Shown: piece after piece, positions 55,488-64,000 of the stretch
How the letters are laid out: each line of letters starts with the position of its first letter
How positions within the stretch are numbered: the first letter of the stretch is position 1
NCBI RefSeq assembly: GCF_006345805.1
Contig: NC_043013.1
Span: 32,798,001 to 32,862,000, forward strand
DNA from: Octopus sinensis
Lineage: Eukaryota
Direction: 5' to 3'
Length of the DNA stretch: 64,000 nt
Position numbers and translations under genes: made by a program
The notes under the pieces: generated by a model
What the model was told of the DNA's origin: nothing
The model's input: the letters and a program-made list of their open reading frames with translations, nothing else
Databases searched by the model: none

Positions 55488-56270
55488 TATGAATATGACT
55501 ATATTTATATGTTTTATAGATACAAATATGCACTCATTTATATATATATGTAAATATAAGTATATATATATGTATGTAAATTTAAGTATATATATATATA
55601 TACGCATGCACGGACACATGTAGGCAGGCATACACATACATACATACATTCATACATATACACACAAAGATATTCATATAAATTATAAGAACATTAATCT
55701 ATCACCGCATATAAAATGCAAATAATGTATGCACACACACATATGGGGAGAGAGAGAGACAGACAGAGACAGAGAGAGAAAGAGACAGAGAGTGAGGGAG
55801 AGGGAGAGAGTGAGGGAGAGGGAGAGAGAGATGGTGACATGAAGGGCGAGAAAAAGAGAAACTAGTGTAAATGAGAAAGAAAATAAGATAAAACACACAC
55901 GCACAAACATACTCATACATAAACATACCTGAACATTCTCACACACACATACGTATATAGATGCCGAAATATTTGCAAAATGCTCCTTGATATATTTATA
56001 TAGGTATACTTATGTACTTAGATGCCAACATTTCACATATACATACACACATACACTTATTTATAAGTATATGTATGTAAGTATGTATGTATGTATGTAT
56101 GTATGTACATATCTATGTATCTAACTATCTATCAACATTAATCTGTATACACACGTGTAAATACGTATGTCTTCGGATGAATATATATACACATGCATAC
56201 ACGCAAAGATACGTACATATATACATACATACATACATACATAATACATATATAATATATATATATATAA

Positions 56271-56305
<35 letters not shown>

Positions 56306-56350
56306 CTAATACAATGTTCGTTTTCCACTTTGTTTATTTTAGCTTCCGTT

Positions 56351-56381
<31 letters not shown>

Positions 56382-56849
56382 ATATAATATATATATATAT
56401 CTATATATATATATATATATATTGAACTATATATGGAGATACATTCAGGCATATAAACATGTATATTTGTATATGTATATATTCAATATATATATAATAG
56501 AAATATTAAAATTACTAAGTCTCTCTAAATATGCATGCATAAATATATGCATTTATATAGATATGTACACACACACAAACACATATAAGTATATATGTGT
56601 GTCTTTGTGTTTGTGTGTGAGTGTGTGTGTATACATTGTTTTTTTTATCAAGAATAATATTGACTGGGACTTCGAAGATTCGGTCAGCTAACCCTTCATT
56701 GGACTAGATGACTCTTGGAAGCCACTAGTAGTACTTTTGACAATATATGGAGTCATTCTTCAGATTAATGTAAAATTTCTTTCAACATAACTGAACACCC
56801 ACACACGCATACACACATGCACGCATTCACGCACACAAACACACACATG

Positions 56850-56889
<40 letters not shown>

Positions 56890-57500
56890 TATACACAAGC
56901 ACACACGCATACACACATGCGCATATATAGAGAAAAATCTCTCGTCCGTGTTCAGCTTTTTCTTTTCGCTTCACGATCTGCACAAATGATTTGTTTATTG
57001 TGATCAAATTAGCTCACCTTCTTCATCAAATCAACATTGGCTGCATATGTGCACAAGTGTGAGACACTGCAGATGTCGAAATGGTCGATATTACTCAACT
57101 ATTATGGTTGAGGTGAGGTTTCTTTACTGCACGCTTAACTTGAAGAATTTGTCAATGAAACTCCTCCTGACTTCCTTTACCTAAAGACAAAACTGACTAA
57201 GGTGCGATTTAAAACTCGGAACGTTTTTCTTCCACAACTGATATACAATGAAATTTTTGTTACGCTTATCTTATAAAGTAAATAGAAAATAGTTCTTTTA
57301 TTTCAGCGAAAAGAAAAAGCTGAACACGGACGGGTATTTTTTTTATGTATGCTCATGCGTGTATGCGGGTGTGCGTGTGTGTGTGTACGTGAGTGCCTGC
57401 ATATGTGTGTTTGTGTGCGTGAGTGCGTGCATGTGTGTATGCGTGTGTGGGTGTTCTTCCACGCACAGAGCCATACATATACAACTCAGACATCCCTGTC

Positions 57501-57894
57501 GGATATTTATTTTTATTTTATTTTATTTTATTTAGTTTCAGCTCACGAGCTGCGGCCATGCTGGGGCACCGCCATATGCTCTCATTGAATGACAAAACAG
57601 GTCTTGAAAGGTTCATAACAGATTTCTCCGTTATGCATGGATACACACACAACGCACACACATGCGCACACGTACGCACATAAGCACACATACACATATT
57701 ATATATAAAATATATATATGTTGATTATATATGTACATACACACAAAGACATATATATATGCATATATATATAAACATGTACATATCTATCTATCTATCT
57801 ATATATATGCTCACATGCACATATGTACACACACAAAAACACGTATTCTTTTACTTTTTCAGTCATTCGGGTGCGGCCATGCTAGAGCATATCC

Positions 57895-57953
<59 letters not shown>

Positions 57954-58344
57954 ATCGATATATTTTTATTTTATTTTATTTTATTTAGTTTCAGCTCACG
58001 AGCTGTGGCCATGCTGGGGCACCGCCATATGCTCTCATTGAATGACAACACAGGTCTTGAAAGGTTCATAACAGATTTCTCCGTTATGCATGGATACACA
58101 CACAACGCACACACATGCGCACACGTACGCACATAAGCACACATACACATATATATATAAAATATATATGTGGTGATTAATATGTACATAACACACAAAG
58201 ACAATATATATGCATATATATATAAACATGTACATATCTATATATCTATCTATATATATGCTCACATGCACATATGTATCACACAAAAACACGTATTCTT
58301 TTACTTTTTCAGTCATTCGAGTGCGGCCATGCTAGAGCATATCC

Positions 58345-58425
<81 letters not shown>

Positions 58426-58428
58426 GAT
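57501..58428. repeat. Tandem duplication of a roughly 460-bp unit
   Basis: 57501-57957 and 57958-58428 align, including SINE-tail fragments and microsatellites. Confidence 0.9.
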
Positions 58429-58448
58429 ATATGTGTGTATGTTACCGG

Positions 58449-58483
<35 letters not shown>

Positions 58484-58487
<4 letters not shown>

Positions 58488-58680
58488 ATGCAAACATGAA
58501 AACAAAAAGAGAAAACAACAACGCGAGTACGTGGAACAAGTATAGTGTTATTGGACGCTCAGGAAAGGAAAGAAAGATTTAACGTTTCGAGCGGAGCACT
58601 TCGTCAGAAACATAGGAAAAGGAAAGATCCAAGGAAAGGAAGACGGAAAAAAATATCGCCAACGATACACACGCGGTCAC
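58484..58680 (-). mobile_element. Short Penelope-like terminal element next to (TA)n with hammerhead motif (intact CTGACGA)
   Basis: Minus strand GTTT-CTGACGA-A-GTGC-TCC-GCTC-GAAA-CGTT-AAAT at about 58577-58611; homologous to 8330-8531. Confidence 0.72.
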
Positions 58681-59276
58681 ATAGCACAATATTCAATAAT
58701 TATAAATACAGTTATAATCAGGGGTCAGCTAATTGCTTCACTACATACCAAATTTAGAAATAGGTGTAAAAAATTTCTTTTCTATTACTGTAAGAATCTC
58801 CACGACAGTAACACACTTTTTTACGTAGGCAAAGAGAAAAACAATGAAACAACACGATTCCGATTAGCCACAGACACGTTTCGAGAGTCAAGTGTTTTAA
58901 TTACTATCGATAAAGGTTATTTTAACGTACCGATCTACTTGGTAAAATTATTAATTAAATGATTGATTAATTAATTAATTTAATTATATATATTTATATA
59001 TAATTATATATATATATCATTATACATATATCTTTATATACCCAAGCTAAAGATTTGAGAGATCGCAGTGTCTAATAATTTCAATGAAATTTACTGAGTC
59101 AAAAATCTGAAGTAATGTTTAATCACTTCCCTTTAAAATACACGTTATGCTATTGAAAGATAGTGAAAGAATGCAGTATTTGGCAGTTTGAATAGGTAAC
59201 TATGCATTTAAAACAAACTATTAACAGAGACACATACACACATACATGTATGTGTCTTTTATACACACACACACAC

Positions 59277-59335
<59 letters not shown>

Positions 59336-59754
59336 GTGTGAGGGTGTGTGTGTGTGAGTGTGTGTGTGTATGGATATATGTATACACATACACACATATG
59401 TGTATATGTATATTTATATATGCATGTATGTATATATATATATGTATATAAATTTTAGTCACAATATATTCAGTTAATGATAAAAAATAACGTTAATTTT
59501 TCATTCTATAAAACAGAATATATAGTACAATACAAGAGAAAAATCATAGGGAATGTTTAGTCACAAATAACGAGAGAAATATAGTATGATAGAATTTATA
59601 TAATCACTGGAAATCCTTATATCACAACAATTGTTTAGCAACTGAAAAGATGCAAAGGTAATATATTTTGTTGTATTTCATAATAAGTAAATTTCTTACA
59701 TAGCTACATTAATATATGTAATCTTTAAATTATTGCAGGTATTAAGCTAGCTCA

Positions 59755-59995
59755 TTGGGCAAGTGTCTTCTACAATAATCCGTGGCCGACTAAATCGTTG
59801 TTAACGGAAACTGAAAGAAGCTCGTTGTGTATATAACTTAGTGGTTCGGTAAAGCAGACTGATGGAATGTGTACCAGGCTTTAAAAAATTAACTAAATAA
59901 ATACTGGGATTCATTCAAACGACTAAGATTCATGAAGGCGGTGCCCCAGCATGGCTGGAATCTTATGACTGAAACAAGTAATAAATAAAAGATGT
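59755..59995 (+). mobile_element. Degenerate family-C SINE
   Basis: ttgggcaagtgtcttctac...ggaaactgaaagaagc and ggcggtgccccagcatggc...gactgaaacaagta. Confidence 0.7.
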
Positions 59996-60603
59996 AGAGT
60001 ATGCGCTTCATTATGCATGTTATTTACCTTTGTATTTACTTATGTATTAGAGCGGTTCAAAATATCGAGGAACGTTGCGGAGTAAGTAATTATTTATCAT
60101 TCTGTGCAGAGGTTCACACATTCTTAATCATTCGCAAGCAAACTGAATATCATTTGACAGACAGAGATTCATATCATACTATACACACAAGCACTAACAC
60201 TCTCACGCACATAAAAACACACATACACAAAATACACAAATAGTCATACCACGCACATATAGATAAATATTTAACAATAATTCGCTTTTTGCACAGGAAG
60301 TTGGTTCCTGAAATATTTTCGCCTCTATTTCAATTTACACATGTCATGTAACACATAAAAACGTTGATATGCATTTATCTCTGTTCATTGTCATTATATT
60401 TCACTCTTTGCGTATGTGCGTGTGAGTGTGTGTGTGTTGATTTCTGTGTGTAACTGTGTTTAGAAATACTCGCAGGTACGTGATAGAAATGTGTATATTT
60501 TTTAAGGTAGCCCCGATATTTTTCTTTGTGTATACATTTAATTGTACTGTTTATAGACATACGTCTATGCTTATATACATAGACTCACATATATTCAGAC
60601 ATA

Positions 60604-60640
<37 letters not shown>

Positions 60641-60644
60641 TATG

Positions 60645-60683
<39 letters not shown>

Positions 60684-61936
60684 TATATATATTAAGAGGA
60701 ATAAATAAAGAGAGAAAGTCAGAGAATGGTAGAGAGGAATTTCGGTCATTTATATAATTCGTATCTATTACGTCTGCTACATATACATACATACATACAT
60801 ACATACATACATACATACATACATACACATACATATATATATATATTATATATATGTGTGTATATATGTATATATATACATACACATAATATATATATGT
60901 ATATATGTATATATACATACATATATATATGTGTGTGTATATGTATGCATTTATATATATATGATTATATAAATGTAAGTATATGTGTATGAAATGTATA
61001 AACTATATATAATATAAATATTGTATATTTATTATGATATATATATACGATATATATTATATAATATATATTATATATCTTTTATATAATATATATATTA
61101 TATACATATTATATAATATATAAAATATCTACATAAACATGTGTATGTATTATATATCTGTATGTATATATACTGATGTATATATATATATATATACACA
61201 CGCACATATATATATATGCATACACATATATTTATGTGTGTATGTGTACGCGCAGACACATTGGTATATAGATATATATAATTTATATATACATTTGTTT
61301 TTGTACAAGAGTATATGATTTGTTCTATATATATACTTTTTTTCCTTACAAAAGTCGTGTGACGTGACTCGCATCTTGCTCCTGTTGTGTTGGAATTTCA
61401 AACACCGCTAGTGCAAGAAAATACTTAGAAAACAAAGCAAAAAAAAAAAAGAAATACTACCCCAAAAAAACAAAACAAAATAAAAAAAAAAAAAACAAAA
61501 TAAAAAAAATAAAAAAAGCAGAAAATTAAAGCCAAACGAAACTAAGAACACAAGCAAACTATTATGACAATACTTACTTTCACCAAATGGCATGGTTGTT
61601 GTTTCTACATTTCCATCATGAATACTGCTGAAGTACGTAGCTTAACACTTTCATCATTCCCAACAATAACAACGCCATTTTGCTAATTTTCTGATTCTAA
61701 TCCTGGTATTCTATGAGGTGACAGATTAATAATCTCCTCTAAAGAAGAATAATTACAGTAAGGATATTTTGTATTTAGAATATTTTTAATAATTTTAGAA
61801 AAAAATATTGCTGTTTGAAAAATTGCTATGTAAATATTTTGTATGTAAATATACTGAAGTTAGCTAAATATTTGATGATGTGAGCATTCACGAGTTGAGA
61901 AGAAATTAAGAAGCAAAGAAAAGACAGTCAGAGTCA

Positions 61937-61997
<61 letters not shown>

Positions 61998-62027
61998 TAT
62001 TATTATTATTATTATTATTATCATTAT

Positions 62028-62858
62028 TGAGCTAACAGAATCGTTAGCACGCCGGGCGAAATTCTTAGCTGTATTTCCGTCTGTCTGAGTTCAACTTCCG
62101 CCGAGGTCGATTTTGCCTTTCATCCTTTCGGAGTCGATTAAATAAGTACCAGTTACGCACTGGGGTCGATATAATCGACTTAATCCGTTTGTCTGTCCTT
62201 GTTTGTCCTCTGTGTTTAGCCCCTTGTGGGTAGTAAAGAAATAGAAATAGGTATTTCGTCTGTCGCTACGTTCTGAGTTCAAATTCCGCCAAGGTCGACT
62301 CTTTCATCATTTCGAGGTCGATAAATTAAGTACCAGTTGCGTACTGGGGTTCATCTATTCGACTGGGCTCCTCCCCCAAAATTTAGGGTCTTGTACCTAG
62401 AGTAGAAAAGTATATTTTAAATGTATTTTAAGGCGGCAAGCTGGCAGTATCCTTAGTATGCAGGGTAAAAATACTTAGTGGCATTTTTTCCGCCTTTAAT
62501 GTTTTGAGTTCAAATTCAGCCGAGGTCGACTTTGTCTTTGATCCTTTTGGGGTCGAAAAATTAAGTACCAGTTGAGTGCTATCTTGGATATCACCCACTT
62601 TTCTACTTCTCTGAACTTGTTGGTCTGATGCCAAAATTTGAAACCAATACTTTAAATGTATTTTATGGCGACGTTCTGGCAGAATCTTTTGTATGCAGGG
62701 TAAAATACTTATCATTATTTCATCCGTCTTTACGTTTCCATTCCGAAATTCAACGAGGTCAATTTTGTTTCTTTTTCTTTCGGTGGTCAATAAAATATAT
62801 ACCAGTTGACTCATCCCATCCCTCGAAATTGCTGTCCCTGTGACAAAATTGGAAACCA
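62028..62858 (+). mobile_element. Head-to-tail array of four family-A SINE units; first has the Tx1-like tail
   Basis: About 62028-62249, 62250-62410, 62429-62645 and 62670-62858. Confidence 0.85.
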
Positions 62859-63199
62859 ATATTTTAACTTATTTCGGCGCCGGTGGTTGTATGATTAATT
62901 TCGCTTCGCAGTCATATGATATTGGCTTACACTCCACTATGTGGAATATGCTGGTATTGATAATATTGTTCAACATTAGGATTGCTCCAAACTACCTGGC
63001 ATGAAATCGGGATTCAGGATTAACGCATCTCCTTTCTCAGGCATAATATACCTAGAAGTACATTAAGCAATGTATCACTTTTTGGGATGATTACTGAGAG
63101 TTGAGGGAGATTTGCCTGCTATTTGTAGCAGACCAACAACTACATAGCGACTATTAACTACAGCAAAGTGTATGGCACCATATTAATTGACAAATATTA

Positions 63200-63420
63200 A
63201 GGCAGCGAACTGGCAGAATTGTTTGCACGGTGGACTGAATACTTAGCGGCATTTCGTTCCTCTTTACGATCTGAGTTCAAATTTCCCCCAAGGTCAACTT
63301 TGCCTTTTATCCTTCGGAGTCGATAAAAGAAGTACTAGTTGAGCAAAGGGGGTCGAAGAAATCAACTTATTCTCACCACCATAATTACCTGCCTTGCGCA
63401 AAATTCGAAACCAATATTCT
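63200..63420 (+). mobile_element. Family-A SINE
   Basis: Homology to other copies. Confidence 0.8.
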
Positions 63421-63952
63421 CTTAGCAATCAGAGGAAGGGTAACTCAGAGTAGTAGTAGTAGTAGTTAAAAAATGCTGAAAAATTTTAAGGAGATGAAAA
63501 GTATGCAGTGAAACGGATGCAATATTTATAAAAGTTAGCTTCCTCTTTTTAACAAAACGGGGGTCGTGTCTAAGAAGTTATTAATAGATTACATAAAATT
63601 CGCTCTCCTTTCAAAATATAGGCAGATTTTAAGATCTAGAAAAATACATAATTGTATAGCAAAATGATTTCTTTTACTTTTAGGAGTCGGGGTATATGAT
63701 GGAAAAAAAAACGAAACAATAAATATATAAACGGCAAGGTAGAAAGTAATGTACTTAGATTTTGTAAAGGTGAAAGGGGGAATAGTAAGACGAGATATGA
63801 TTGATACGAATAGATATGACTGGTTAAGTAGTTCGCTTCACAAAATCGTTGTTTTGGGTTCGTTTCCATTGTGTAGGAATTTGGAGGAAGTTCATCCATC
63901 AAGGATTGCAACAGAACAAAATCTTTCGTGAGACGCGAGAAATTCATTAAAT

Positions 63953-64000
63953 TGTGGATGTGTGGTAGGAAGCCTGCTTCCCAGCCACATAGTTCTGGGT
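63953..64000 (+). mobile_element. Head of a family-C SINE running off the window
   Basis: tgtggatgtgtggtaggaagcctgcttcccagccacatagttctgggt resembles the minus-strand head near 14295. Confidence 0.6.

Overview
AT-rich, repeat-saturated eukaryotic non-coding DNA (large intron or intergenic). The density of (TA)n/(CA)n/(TATC)n/(TAA)n/(GAT)n tracts and the SINE families look like an Octopus-type cephalopod genome (recognised from memory, not confirmed by search). Almost every ORF in the track is a microsatellite translation artefact, and I find no intact protein-coding gene. Supportable features: a dead full-length Tc1 transposon with TIRs, TA duplication and apparent DD36E spacing; 3' fragments of CR1/L2, Tx1/L1 and R4/Dong LINEs, the last always inside (TAA)n; a non-autonomous Helitron; many tRNA-derived SINEs of at least four families; local tandem duplications; and several foldback structures. 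The two best leads are (i) minimal hammerhead-ribozyme motifs in Penelope-like short elements, two of them next to (TA)n and one in a 123-bp-arm palindrome, and (ii) a SINE subfamily whose 3' tail matches the last 35 nt of the Tx1-like LINE in this window and which recurs as nested multimers with fixed junctions. Three phase-compatible exon candidates are noted but unproven.
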